A stretch of DNA of 64,000 nucleotides from an uncultured archaeon (GTDB lineage Archaea > Asgardarchaeota > Lokiarchaeia > Sigyniarchaeales > SOKP01). The first letter of the stretch is position 1, and every line of letters starts with the position of its first letter. The stretch lies in assembly GCA_964486045.1 (NCBI GenBank), contig CAZALK010000001.1:776242-840241 (forward strand), given 5' to 3'. Under the pieces are notes generated by a model that searched no databases, was not told the DNA's origin, and worked only from the letters and a program-made list of their open reading frames with translations. A program made the position numbers and the translations under genes. Below, one piece after another: positions 29,209 through 39,697 of this stretch.

Positions 29209-31512
29209 CTAAATGACCCAATAATAAGGAACTGTCTTACCATAAGCGCTTTTTGAAACATATATTCTATTCAAATAAGTTAAATTATAATACATTTCAA
29301 TTTCTTCTCCGGATAGTTGACCAAATAATTCAAAACCCGAGACTAAGAGATAATTATCTGATAGTATCAAGAAAACATCCTTTTCTAAACCAATTTTTAA
29401 TTCAATAAGTAAATTTACATCATTTTGAATATGAAAACGTGGATTAAGAAAGTCATTTGTAGCAGTACGGAAAATTAAAGTATCATTGAGTGGAATAGTT
29501 GCATTTCCTTCATTGAAGGGGTAATCATAATATATAAAAATTGAACTCCACCCGAATTCGGCAATTATAACATTTTGATTAGAACTATAGGTTGAATACC
29601 ATTGAACGGTACTAACTTCTTGTCTTGTTATACTATAAAATTCAACGGAGGAATTAAGTTCGAGATACGTTGCCAATAGAGAGAAGGTTGTTATAAAAAT
29701 TATAAAGATCTTTATTTTTAATGATTGTATTGAGTTGGTTTTTATTAATTTATAGAAATAGGATACAAATCCAATGGCAATAATAACAGATGTTAAATAA
29801 AAAATCCTAGAGAAGAAAGTGAGTGAACCTGAAATGAAATCAAAAGAAAAACCTGCTATTAAAATAATTACTAACACAAATCCCCACAGAAATAATGGTT
29901 TTCCTCGAGGTTTGAATTGGAATATAAATAATCCCCATATTGCTAATGACCAAATAATCAGTATTTCAAATCCCGTAAAAATCGTTATAATGTTAAAATT
30001 AAACAAAAAAAAATTAATAACAGCAAAAGAGGATATTAGGATTAACACTAATGCAAGAATTATGGGGAACAGGAATTTTTCCTCTATCTTTTTAAAAAAT
30101 TTATACTTTTCTCCCCGTAGTACTGAAGAATACCTACCTTTCGTAAAGTTTATGAATTTATGTGTTTGTAAGAGTACTAATCCTTCTAATATTGCTATTA
30201 TTACTATCCCAAATAAAATATACTGCCACGGTATAGATCCTAATCTAGTAAAAACAATAAAATGCCCCGTACTAATATTTAAGAGATAAAAAATAAAAAA
30301 TATACACAAACAAATACCCAATAGTATGAAATCAGAACCTCTCCTATAACTCTTAACAAAATATATCAAGTAAACCCACAAATAGGAAATTAAAAGTATT
30401 ACAGCGATTAAGGAGTGAATTAACAGGCAACTAATAAAAAACATTATGATTAAAAAGTACGAGAAAAACATATTCGATAAAATATGTCTTTTTTTTGGTA
30501 GCTTTTCTTGAATAAAAGACTGTAATCTTATATATAAAAGAAAGAATAATGCTATTCCAATGATTAAAGCAAGACTAGAAGGCCAAAACTGAAACATCAT
30601 ATTTAGGAACCCTAATGACGAAAAAAACAAAACAAAAATCCCGAATATAGCCAAATTTTTATTTCGAAAAATCCTCATTAGAAGAGTATAAACCAATAAC
30701 GAAGAAATTGGAATAGTGTAAAAAACAAAAAATCGAGGGATAAGGAAGATATCCAATCCTGAAAAAAAATGAATTACAGCCCCAAAAACATGGAATCCAA
30801 AAGTACCGAAATAATCGCTTAAAGGTAAATAATTAATATCTGTTATAAATTGAATGATTGAAATGTGCATCCAGGGATCTGTACCTACAAATGTACTGAC
30901 CCCCAAAACACCCAAAATACAAACTAAGAAGAGAAAGATAATTAAGAACACCGCGTTTGAGAATTTAAAACTTTTAATATATTCTAAAATAGAGAAATTC
31001 TCAGTAAATTCTTCTCTATAACCGTTAGTTAACTTAGATTTAAATGCATCTAGTGTTTCACTTCTTAAATTGAAAAAAAGGCTCAATAATATAACTAAAA
31101 TGAAGGTTATTACCAGTGTTAATAAAAAAAACCATTCAGTTATAGGAATTCCAAGATAGAATCCACCTATCCCAACTATAACATAAAATGATAAATTAGT
31201 TACAATTGTAAGAGCTAATTTCTCTAAGAGATTCAAATTTATTTTCTTAAATGTAATAAAAATAATCGGATAGGTTGGTAAAAATAATAAAGTAAAACAT
31301 GTACTCAGATAGACACAGAAATAAAAAATTAAATCTAGAAAAACTATTTGTGACAACCCTGAAAAAATGTTGAAATTAATAATTTTGAGAAAAATAAATA
31401 TTATGGAGATTGTAGAGATTAGTATTATGAAGAAATGAATTCTTGCCTTTAAGTAAAAGATTATATTATTTAAGTCCAATTTTCGATTTTCCATTTCAAT
31501 ATCATATTTCAA
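29209..31512 (-). CDS. large polytopic membrane protein, possible GT-C-fold glycosyltransferase
   Basis: Many hydrophobic helices, a GTDPWMH loop motif and a soluble C-terminal domain. The start overlaps the epimerase stop. Confidence 0.6.
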   Translation of the reverse strand: MKYDIEMENRKLDLNNIIFYLKARIHFFIILISTISIIFIFLKIINFNIFSGLSQIVFLDLIFYFCVYLSTCFTLLFLPTYPIIFITFKKINLNLLEKLALTIVTNLSFYVIVGIGGFYLGIPITEWFFLLTLVITFILVILLSLFFNLRSETLDAFKSKLTNGYREEFTENFSILEYIKSFKFSNAVFLIIFLFLVCILGVLGVSTFVGTDPWMHISIIQFITDINYLPLSDYFGTFGFHVFGAVIHFFSGLDIFLIPRFFVFYTIPISSLLVYTLLMRIFRNKNLAIFGIFVLFFSSLGFLNMMFQFWPSSLALIIGIALFFLLYIRLQSFIQEKLPKKRHILSNMFFSYFLIIMFFISCLLIHSLIAVILLISYLWVYLIYFVKSYRRGSDFILLGICLCIFFIFYLLNISTGHFIVFTRLGSIPWQYILFGIVIIAILEGLVLLQTHKFINFTKGRYSSVLRGEKYKFFKKIEEKFLFPIILALVLILISSFAVINFFLFNFNIITIFTGFEILIIWSLAIWGLFIFQFKPRGKPLFLWGFVLVIILIAGFSFDFISGSLTFFSRIFYLTSVIIAIGFVSYFYKLIKTNSIQSLKIKIFIIFITTFSLLATYLELNSSVEFYSITRQEVSTVQWYSTYSSNQNVIIAEFGWSSIFIYYDYPFNEGNATIPLNDTLIFRTATNDFLNPRFHIQNDVNLLIELKIGLEKDVFLILSDNYLLVSGFELFGQLSGEEIEMYYNLTYLNRIYVSKSAYGKTVPYYWVI

Positions 31513-32480
31513 TCAATTTCTAAATCAATTTGATACTTAGCGCAATACCATTTTAGATAATTCTTTAAACCCTGCTCTTGAATATACTCCGGCTCGAAGT
31601 TAATTAATTTTTTTGCTTTAGTTATGTCAGCATAACTATGTAGAATATCTCCTTGCCGAGGATCTGTATAAGTCAAGTTTAAATTTTCTTTATTTGTTAT
31701 TTTAAGCATCAACTTTGCAAGTTCAACTAATTTGATTGGTGAATTTGCCCCAATATTAAATATCTCGCCAGTAGTATCGAATTTTGCTGCTAATAAATTT
31801 GCCCGAACAACATCTTTAATGTAGGTGAAATCTCTAGAATTTTGCCCATCACCAAAAATTATAAGATCCTCATTTCGAATTATTCTCCCAAGCCAGATAG
31901 CTATAACTCCACTGTAAGTCGAATCTTTTTGTCTCGGTCCATATACATTAAAATATCTTAAAATTGTAGTATTTAATCCATAAAGTTGGCTATATACTTG
32001 AACATATCCCTCACCCGCTAATTTGGAAACGGCATAGGGAGATTTCGGATTTTTTTTCATATCCTCTTTCTTAGGTAAGGAAGGTTCATCTCCATAGACA
32101 GAAGAACTTGATGCAAAAATGATTTTATCGATATTGTTTTTCTTTGCAGTATTCAATATGTTTAAAGTTCCATTGATATTAACATCATTACAAGACTGGG
32201 GCATCAGAACTGATTGTGGAACACTCGTAAATGCCGCTTGATGATATATTATATTAATATCTTTTGAAATATCTAGCAATAAATTAATGTCTCTTATATC
32301 TCCTTTAAAGAATTGAAAGCTTTTACTTTTTTGGGCTTTATCTAAATTTTCTAATCTACCATTGAATAGGTTGTCAATTCCTATAACAGATGCACCCAAT
32401 TCGAGTAATTTGTCTGTTAAATTGCTACCAATGAAACCAGCGGCACCAGTAACTAAAACTTTTTTATTTTCAAAAAACAT
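31509..32480 (-). CDS. NAD-dependent nucleotide-sugar epimerase (extended SDR, WbpP/GalE-like)
   Basis: GAAGFIG, ASSSSVYG, YAVSK, RYFNVYGPRQ, RDFTY. Confidence 0.93.
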   Translation of the reverse strand: MFFENKKVLVTGAAGFIGSNLTDKLLELGASVIGIDNLFNGRLENLDKAQKSKSFQFFKGDIRDINLLLDISKDINIIYHQAAFTSVPQSVLMPQSCNDVNINGTLNILNTAKKNNIDKIIFASSSSVYGDEPSLPKKEDMKKNPKSPYAVSKLAGEGYVQVYSQLYGLNTTILRYFNVYGPRQKDSTYSGVIAIWLGRIIRNEDLIIFGDGQNSRDFTYIKDVVRANLLAAKFDTTGEIFNIGANSPIKLVELAKLMLKITNKENLNLTYTDPRQGDILHSYADITKAKKLINFEPEYIQEQGLKNYLKWYCAKYQIDLEID

Positions 32481-32794
32481 AGATAAGGTCCTTATTTTTT
32501 AATTTAATTGAGTTATCAATTTTTATCATTAAAAAAATACTTAGTATAATTTGAAATTTATCCTAAATGATGGTTTAAGTAAACAAATTTGCAAAATAAT
32601 GAGATGCTTTCCAATTTAAATAATCTTAAATTTTATCATAGAATCTTCTACTCATCATAAACTTCCAGAATACTGAGCTGTTGAATTTGACATAGTTTAT
32701 AAATTTATTAGTTGAATAAATTTTAAATTCAATAACATCAATATTTATTCAGTAAAATTGAAAATGTAGAGAATTACTAAAAGGCGCTTTATTT

Positions 32795-33652
32795 TTGACA
32801 ACACTGAATAAAAAAGAGAAATTATACACCTTAACGAATAATTCAGAAACTATAGAGATTAATAAAGAAAATCTTTATCAAGATTTATACGATTACATTA
32901 AGAAATTCAAAAATGAAGAAGAACGTGTTCTTATCTCAATAATTTTACCCATGTATAACGAAGAAAAGACTATAAAATCAGTTTTAGAAAAATTACCTTA
33001 TGATAACTCGATTGAAATTATCGTCGTAGATGATCATTCAACTGATTCCAGCATAGAAAGAATTGAGGAAGTTAAACTAAATAGGGATATTAAAGTGATA
33101 AGTCATAAAAGGAATCTAGGTTACGGAGGAGCTATAGCTTCAGGATTTTCGCAAGTGAATGGAAACATTATTGTTACTATGGATTCAGATGGGCAACATA
33201 GCCCCGACGATCTCTTTAATTTAGTTAAACCAATATTCGAAGATGAAGCTGATTATACAATCGGATCAAGATATAAAGGAACATATTTTTATAAATTACC
33301 TATACTAACTAGATTAGGAGAAGTCCTAATAGAAAAGTTAATACAAACTTTTTTTGGTGTAAGAATAATGAATAATCAAACGGGATTTCGTGCTTTTAGT
33401 CGAAAAATTCTACCAATTTTTGATAATACTAAATATTTTGGGTACGCTTTTTGTATAGAACAAATTTTAAAAGCTTCAATTTCAAATTATAGAATTAAAG
33501 AGGTCCCGATTAAAGTGTACCGGCGTGAATATGGCTCCTCACATGTCAGATTAATGAAATTAACCAGAAGAATCTTTTCATGTTTATTCTACTACTTCGT
33601 TAGAAAAATAAAATTAAAGACAAAAAGAACAAAAAGAACTGGTCATTATTGA
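32795..33652 (+). CDS. GT2 glycosyltransferase (DPM-synthase-like)
   Basis: ILPMYNEE, VDDHSTD, NLGYG, MDSDGQH, GSRY, TGFRAF. Confidence 0.92.
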   Translation: MTTLNKKEKLYTLTNNSETIEINKENLYQDLYDYIKKFKNEEERVLISIILPMYNEEKTIKSVLEKLPYDNSIEIIVVDDHSTDSSIERIEEVKLNRDIKVISHKRNLGYGGAIASGFSQVNGNIIVTMDSDGQHSPDDLFNLVKPIFEDEADYTIGSRYKGTYFYKLPILTRLGEVLIEKLIQTFFGVRIMNNQTGFRAFSRKILPIFDNTKYFGYAFCIEQILKASISNYRIKEVPIKVYRREYGSSHVRLMKLTRRIFSCLFYYFVRKIKLKTKRTKRTGHY

Positions 33653-33719
33653 AATTGTAAATGGTCTATTCTGGTAAAAACCTTTTATTAAAAATAATTA
33701 ATTCTTGATAAATCAAACT

Positions 33720-34790
33720 ATGAAAAGAATTATAACTTGTATCGGGATTCGCCCAGATATAATCCGGCTATCCCAAATCATCAAGAAATTAGACATTTTT
33801 TTTGAAAACATAATTGTCGATAGTGGTCAACATTATGATTATAATTTAAATAAAATATTTTATGATCAGCTAGAAGTTCGCTTACCTGACTATAATTTAA
33901 ACATAAAAAGTGGAACTCATGCATCCCAAGTTGCAAAATTAATGATTGAGTTTGAAAAAACTTTGTTTAAAGTAAAACCAGATTTTGTTATAGTCTTAGG
34001 AGATAATAACAGCAGTTTAGGTTTTACTTTAGCTACATCTAAATTAAATATACCACTAGTTCATATTGAAGCTGGTATGCGGAGTAAAAACTGGTTAATG
34101 CCAGAAGAGAAAAATCGTGTTATAATTGATCATTTATCAGATATTAATATATGTTATTTACCTGAACATAAAGCTAATTTGCTAAGAGAAGGGATAAGTC
34201 CTCGACGATGTTGGGTTGTAGGAAATCCCATTATAGAAGTTGTTAATGCAGTAAGAACAAATTTTGAGCAAGATTCTCCCTTTTATTTAGTGACTTGCCA
34301 TCGTGCCGAAAATGTTGAAAATGAGAAAAATCTTAGCAAAATATTGGCTTTTCTTGAGACACTTTATAAGAATAAGAAAGTTGAAATAAAGTATATTTTA
34401 ATGCCGAAAACAAAGCAAATGATGGAAAAATACGGATTAAAATTTCCAGAGGGGATCAATACCATCCCCCCACAAGGATTCCTTGAATTTTTAGGCATGG
34501 AAAAGGAAGCAGAATTAGTGATTTCGGATAGTGGAACCGTTGTCGAGGAGTGTGCCATTTTAGGAACACCTTGTTTGACAATTCGTGAAAGTACCGAAAG
34601 AATTGATTTAATAGAACTTGGAGTAAATACATTAACTGGTATAGACCTAGAACAAATGTCATCCGCGGCTGAATTAGCATTATCACAGAAAATAGAGCCA
34701 GTAAATCATTATGGAAAGAATATTGGGCAGAAAATTTGTAATATTTTAATTGGGAATTCTTTAAATTTCTATAGATCTAGAGAGAGATAA
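33720..34790 (+). CDS. wecB: non-hydrolysing UDP-N-acetylhexosamine 2-epimerase (WecB/CapG family)
   Basis: GIRPD, SGQHYD, LGD, HIEAGMRS, PEEKNR, VGNP, HRAEN, SDSGTVVEE, TER. Confidence 0.9.
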   Translation: MKRIITCIGIRPDIIRLSQIIKKLDIFFENIIVDSGQHYDYNLNKIFYDQLEVRLPDYNLNIKSGTHASQVAKLMIEFEKTLFKVKPDFVIVLGDNNSSLGFTLATSKLNIPLVHIEAGMRSKNWLMPEEKNRVIIDHLSDINICYLPEHKANLLREGISPRRCWVVGNPIIEVVNAVRTNFEQDSPFYLVTCHRAENVENEKNLSKILAFLETLYKNKKVEIKYILMPKTKQMMEKYGLKFPEGINTIPPQGFLEFLGMEKEAELVISDSGTVVEECAILGTPCLTIRESTERIDLIELGVNTLTGIDLEQMSSAAELALSQKIEPVNHYGKNIGQKICNILIGNSLNFYRSRER

Positions 34791-34799
34791 AGTTAAAAA

Positions 34800-35702
34800 T
34801 CAGATTTTATAAATGTTGCTTTTTTCAATATAATCTAATAAATCATTTAGAGCAGTTTTAATATCTGACATTCCAAATAGCTTTGAAAGTTCGTCATATT
34901 TAGTCCCAAGTGTGCGGTCGACTTTTTCATCTGGTCTATTTATACGATTAATATTCAATTTTTTGTTAAATGTGTCATTAAAAACATTCATTAATTCATA
35001 TTTATTTAATATTTCATTAGGAAGAAAATGATGGACATGTGAAATTTCTTTTAATTTATCAAAGCTATACGTTTCAATTATTTTCTCACAAATTTGAGCA
35101 AATTGTAAAGTAGTTATACCATTCCAGGTATGGTGTTCCCAACCACTTATTGTTCCACCATCATGTTGATTAAGAAACCATTCTAAAAGAAATGTTACTT
35201 CTTTCTTAAATTCTGGACCAATTATAGAACCCCGGATTATTAGTGTAGTTCCATCAAAGACTTCTCCTAAACTTTTGGATTTTCCATATACATCTAACGG
35301 GTCATGTTCGTCATTTTCAACATAATTTCCTTTTGATCCGCTAAAAACGCAGTCTGTACCAATTTGTAATACTTTTATATTATGCTTTTTTGCATACTTA
35401 GCTAATTCCCACGGAAAGTCCGCATTTATCTTAATCGCACGAATCACCCCTGATGGATCATCGTCTTTTGAGAAAGGTTTGGTAATCCCTATACAATTAA
35501 TAATATATTCAATATTTAGATTGAGAATATTAGTATTATCCAATTGAGAACAATCATATGCATCGAAAAGAAAAATTCGATCTTTTTTATATTTTACATT
35601 TCTAACTGTTCCATAAACATCAAAATTCTTGTTCCTTGAGAGGTAATCAAAAACTATTGATCCTAACATCCCACTAATTCCCAATACTAATATAGTAGTC
35701 AC
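34800..35702 (-). CDS. RmlD-like NDP-4-keto-6-deoxyhexose reductase
   Basis: GISGMLG, INCIG, TDCVFSG, YGKSK, SIIGPE, WNGITT. Confidence 0.85.
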   Translation of the reverse strand: MTTILVLGISGMLGSIVFDYLSRNKNFDVYGTVRNVKYKKDRIFLFDAYDCSQLDNTNILNLNIEYIINCIGITKPFSKDDDPSGVIRAIKINADFPWELAKYAKKHNIKVLQIGTDCVFSGSKGNYVENDEHDPLDVYGKSKSLGEVFDGTTLIIRGSIIGPEFKKEVTFLLEWFLNQHDGGTISGWEHHTWNGITTLQFAQICEKIIETYSFDKLKEISHVHHFLPNEILNKYELMNVFNDTFNKKLNINRINRPDEKVDRTLGTKYDELSKLFGMSDIKTALNDLLDYIEKSNIYKI

Positions 35703-35731
35703 TTTTAATACCTCATTTTATAATATTTTCT

Positions 35732-37123
35732 TTAACGATTTTCAACTTCCCAAATCTCTTTTCCCCAGTAGTCTACTGGAAAACGATAATCATCACCCCT
35801 ACTCTCTTCTAAAGAACTTGTTGAAAAGAAAATAATACGAGTGTCTTTTTCTAATGGCCTAAATCCATTGGCATATTTAGGGGGTATAAACAATATTTGT
35901 GGATGCCTATCAGATAAAATGTAACGATTAACCTTCTGATTTTTTGAAGGGGATTTAATATTATCTAGTTTTACAGCAGCAACAATAGCAGAACCTTTTG
36001 CAACATAAATATATTTAGCTTCATTCATATGCCCATGAAATGCACGAATAGTTGATGACGAAAAGTTTTGAACTTGATAAAAACGTTTAACTCCATAAAA
36101 ATTGAAATCATTAGCAAAATTTAGACTACCTCTATCATCAACAGCAATTCCTCCTTCAATTAATTGTAATTCCTTTCTACCAATAGTTTGTGCTGTTTTT
36201 ACTCTTTCAGCCAATTTTAGATTAGAATAAATTCCCTGATGGAAATTCAATATTGTTGGAGATTTAATTATTTCTCTTATCGCATCTTCAATACTATACT
36301 TAAATTCAAAACCAGTATTCACTATTTTGCTGCTATCTACCATATAGCTTCTCTTATCAACAATATTACTATCTATTTCAATTTTACAATCCGTAATTTC
36401 ACTTACAATTTCCCCTAATCGCAATAAGCTTTGATTTTCACCACTAACATTGTAAATTCCATGTAAATTGTTTTTAATAGCATGAACTATAACTCTAGAA
36501 ATATCACGAATATGTACAAATGGACGTTCTTGTTCTCCACCGAAAATCGTGATTTTATTAAATCCTACTGCTCTGGCTGCAAACGTGTTTACAACTAAAT
36601 CGTATCGCATTCTTGGACTTAATCCATATGCTGTACCCAATCTTACAATGCAATGATTATCAGCACATATCTCTCTTATAAGGCGTTCTTGAGTATATTT
36701 TGTTTGACCATAAAAATCGATAGGAAATCCCCCATCTCCTTCTTTTACAATCACATTTGGTTCACTTCCATATATACTACAAGTGCTAGTGTGGACAACA
36801 AATTTTTTCATTTTCTTACAGATTTCAGCAATATTTCTCGCACCTATGCAATTTGTTTCAATAGCTAAGTTGGTGTCTATCAAACACGCAGGATCACCCA
36901 CAATTGCCGCTAGATTGACTATTGTATCATAATTCTTGATAATCCTTTCAATTTGATCTCTATTTCGAATATCTGCTTCAATAAATGGATTTGAAGGATG
37001 AAGATCTTTATAAAGATGATTATCTAAAATGTCAACTTCCCATTCCTCCTCTTGTTTCATTACATCATATAATATGCTTCCAATATATCCAAGCCCACCA
37101 ATGATAAGAATATTCTTACTCAT
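35732..37123 (-). CDS. SDR epimerase/dehydratase fused to a C-terminal cupin (FdtA/WxcM/RmlC-like)
   Basis: GGLGYIG, STCSIYG, YGQTK, then DDRGSL...KRFY...RAFHGH...E...IPPKYANGF. Confidence 0.85.
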   Translation of the reverse strand: MSKNILIIGGLGYIGSILYDVMKQEEEWEVDILDNHLYKDLHPSNPFIEADIRNRDQIERIIKNYDTIVNLAAIVGDPACLIDTNLAIETNCIGARNIAEICKKMKKFVVHTSTCSIYGSEPNVIVKEGDGGFPIDFYGQTKYTQERLIREICADNHCIVRLGTAYGLSPRMRYDLVVNTFAARAVGFNKITIFGGEQERPFVHIRDISRVIVHAIKNNLHGIYNVSGENQSLLRLGEIVSEITDCKIEIDSNIVDKRSYMVDSSKIVNTGFEFKYSIEDAIREIIKSPTILNFHQGIYSNLKLAERVKTAQTIGRKELQLIEGGIAVDDRGSLNFANDFNFYGVKRFYQVQNFSSSTIRAFHGHMNEAKYIYVAKGSAIVAAVKLDNIKSPSKNQKVNRYILSDRHPQILFIPPKYANGFRPLEKDTRIIFFSTSSLEESRGDDYRFPVDYWGKEIWEVENR

Positions 37124-37478
37124 ATTTTTGATCCATTTTTTTTTTAAAATTAAGAATCTATATATTAATTAAAAATATAAGAGCGGTTTTATAGATAATC
37201 TAGATTTTGATAGAAATTTATATCGGTTTGTAAACATCAAATTATACTTTCTAATAAAAATTGATTTGTTAAGAAAAAGATTTTAATTTATATTTAAGAA
37301 TAAGTATTTTGTATATTTTGTATGAGTTTGTATATTTCATAAGAGAGATTAAGGTTTTAGAAGAATTATTAGAAGATCAAAAGAATTTAAGTAATTTTCT
37401 TAAATTTTAAATAAATTGCATTTTTTTATTTAGATAAAAGATTGTTTGTTAATTAATTTCTATTTGATCTCGATTTCA

Positions 37479-38450
37479 ATGAATTTAGAAAAATTTAAAG
37501 ATAAAAAAGTTATTATTACTGGATGTTCTGGCTTTATTGGAAGTCATTTGACTGACAGCATTTTAGATGCTGGAGCAAAAGTAATTGGGATTGATAATTT
37601 ATATAATGGGTTATTGATAAATTTAGAGAATGCTCTTAAAAATCCAAATTTTAAATTTTATCAAGCAGATGTACGTGATTCATCTTTTCTTATAGAAATT
37701 TTTAATGATGTTGATTTAGTTTATCATGAAGGTGCATTTATAAGTGTTCAGCAGTCGATAAAAATGCCTGAATTATGTAATAATGTAAATGTAAATGGGA
37801 CCATAAATGTTCTCAACGCCGCAAGAATTAATGATGTTGATCAAGTAATATTTGCTTCAAGTGCTGCATTATATTCTGACGATTTAGAACTACCTAAACA
37901 CGAAAGAATGTTTCGTGATCCTAATACTCCTTATGGAGTATCAAAATTAGCGGGAGAAGTATACCTATTGTCATTTTATAAAACATATGGTCTAAAAACA
38001 ACCCCTTTAAGATATTTCAATGTGTACGGTCCGCGACAGCGTAATACTGAATATGCGGGAGTTATGGCCCTCTTCATTGAAAATATATTAAGATATAGCA
38101 AAGAACCTACTATTTTTGGCACTGGTGAACAAACTCGAGATTTTGTTTACGTTAAAGATGTAATTAAAGCTAATTTAATGGTTGCATATCATCCAAAAGC
38201 CGCTGGTGAAATTTTCAATGTAGCAACAGGTAACCCGGTTGATATTAATTCTCTTACTAAATTGATTTTAAAATATACTGAGAGAGAAGACTTAAATATT
38301 AATTATGGCCCTGAACGACCAGGAGATATACTACATAGTTATGCAGATATATCTAAAATAAAAAATTTGATAGATTATAAGCCAGATTATTCTATAGAAC
38401 AAGGAATTTCTGAATATATCTCTCGACTTAATGAAATAATAAAAAAATGA
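37479..38450 (+). CDS. NAD-dependent nucleotide-sugar epimerase, paralogue of 31509-32480
   Basis: GCSGFIG, ASSAALY, YGVSK, RYFNVYGPRQ. The ATG at 37479 is preferred. Confidence 0.92.
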   Translation: MNLEKFKDKKVIITGCSGFIGSHLTDSILDAGAKVIGIDNLYNGLLINLENALKNPNFKFYQADVRDSSFLIEIFNDVDLVYHEGAFISVQQSIKMPELCNNVNVNGTINVLNAARINDVDQVIFASSAALYSDDLELPKHERMFRDPNTPYGVSKLAGEVYLLSFYKTYGLKTTPLRYFNVYGPRQRNTEYAGVMALFIENILRYSKEPTIFGTGEQTRDFVYVKDVIKANLMVAYHPKAAGEIFNVATGNPVDINSLTKLILKYTEREDLNINYGPERPGDILHSYADISKIKNLIDYKPDYSIEQGISEYISRLNEIIKK

Positions 38451-38463
38451 GAAGATTAGAGTA

Positions 38464-39687
38464 TTGAATATTCTTGTTTTACAAGAAACAGATTGGTTAA
38501 CTCGAGGACCACACATACAGCACCATATTTTTGAAAGGCTTTCAAAAATACCTTCTATAAAAATAACTGTAATTGATTATGATATAGAAAAAAAAATACA
38601 TTCAAACTCCCTTTTTATTAGAAGAAAGGAATATAGGAACATAAATCGCACAATAAAGAATTCAAAAGTAAAAATTATTAGAACAGCACATTTGCAAATA
38701 CCATATTTCCGAAGGATTACTTCTTTAATGACAAATTTCTATGAAATTTTAAAGATTATAAAAAGAAATCGACCTGATATTATTATTGATTATTCAATAA
38801 CAAATGGTTCTATTGGATTTATCTTTGCGAAACTTTTCCATATTCCATTTATTTTCCACTATATTGATATTTTGCATCAATTAGTTATGATTTCTTATGT
38901 TCAAAATATTGCAAGAGCAGTTTCTCGCGTTTTATTAAAACATTCTGATTTAGTCCTAATTTATACGATCTTACATCAAAAATATGTTATTGGAGAAGGA
39001 ACTTTACCACAAAATGTTAAAATTATTAGGAATGGAATATCACTGGAGAATACAATAGTAGATGAAAAAAAATTCAATTTTTTAAAAGAAAAACTCTCGA
39101 TTTCAGATAAGGATTTTGTAATCTTTTTTATGGGATATTTATACGATTTTGCGGGACTAAAAGAAATTATCGATTTTTATCATCATGATGTAAAGAACGG
39201 AAACTATAACCTTAAATTCTTAATTGTGGGAGATGGCGGTATTTATAACAAATTAGTAAAATATGTGAAAGAGATTAACGCTAATTGGGTAATCCTCATA
39301 GGTAGGGTTCCTTACTTTGAGATTGCAGAATATATTCATCTTGCTGATTTGTGTCTTTTAAGTTTTAAAATTAATTCAGTCACGAAAGAAATCACACCTA
39401 TTAAGATAATTGAGTATATGGCAATGAAAAAACCGGTTTTATCAAACTCATTACCGGGTGTAGTTTTAGAATTAGGAGAAGAGAGTGGTGTTATATTTGG
39501 AAAGAATCAAGTAGATTTAATTGCTAAAATTAGAGAATTAATTCCTCTTAAGGAAGAATTGAATCAACGTGGAGAAAAAGGATTTGACTTTATAAAAAAA
39601 AAATATCTTTGGTCTGAAATATTAAAAGTTTTTAAAAAAATAATGATTGATGTAATTTCAAAAAAATTCAAAGAATTTAAAAAATAA
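38464..39687 (+). CDS. GT4 glycosyltransferase
   Basis: IRNG, LIVGDG, GRVPY, PIKIIEYMAMKKPV. Confidence 0.9.
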   Translation: MNILVLQETDWLTRGPHIQHHIFERLSKIPSIKITVIDYDIEKKIHSNSLFIRRKEYRNINRTIKNSKVKIIRTAHLQIPYFRRITSLMTNFYEILKIIKRNRPDIIIDYSITNGSIGFIFAKLFHIPFIFHYIDILHQLVMISYVQNIARAVSRVLLKHSDLVLIYTILHQKYVIGEGTLPQNVKIIRNGISLENTIVDEKKFNFLKEKLSISDKDFVIFFMGYLYDFAGLKEIIDFYHHDVKNGNYNLKFLIVGDGGIYNKLVKYVKEINANWVILIGRVPYFEIAEYIHLADLCLLSFKINSVTKEITPIKIIEYMAMKKPVLSNSLPGVVLELGEESGVIFGKNQVDLIAKIRELIPLKEELNQRGEKGFDFIKKKYLWSEILKVFKKIMIDVISKKFKEFKK

Positions 39688-39697
39688 AGGTATTATA

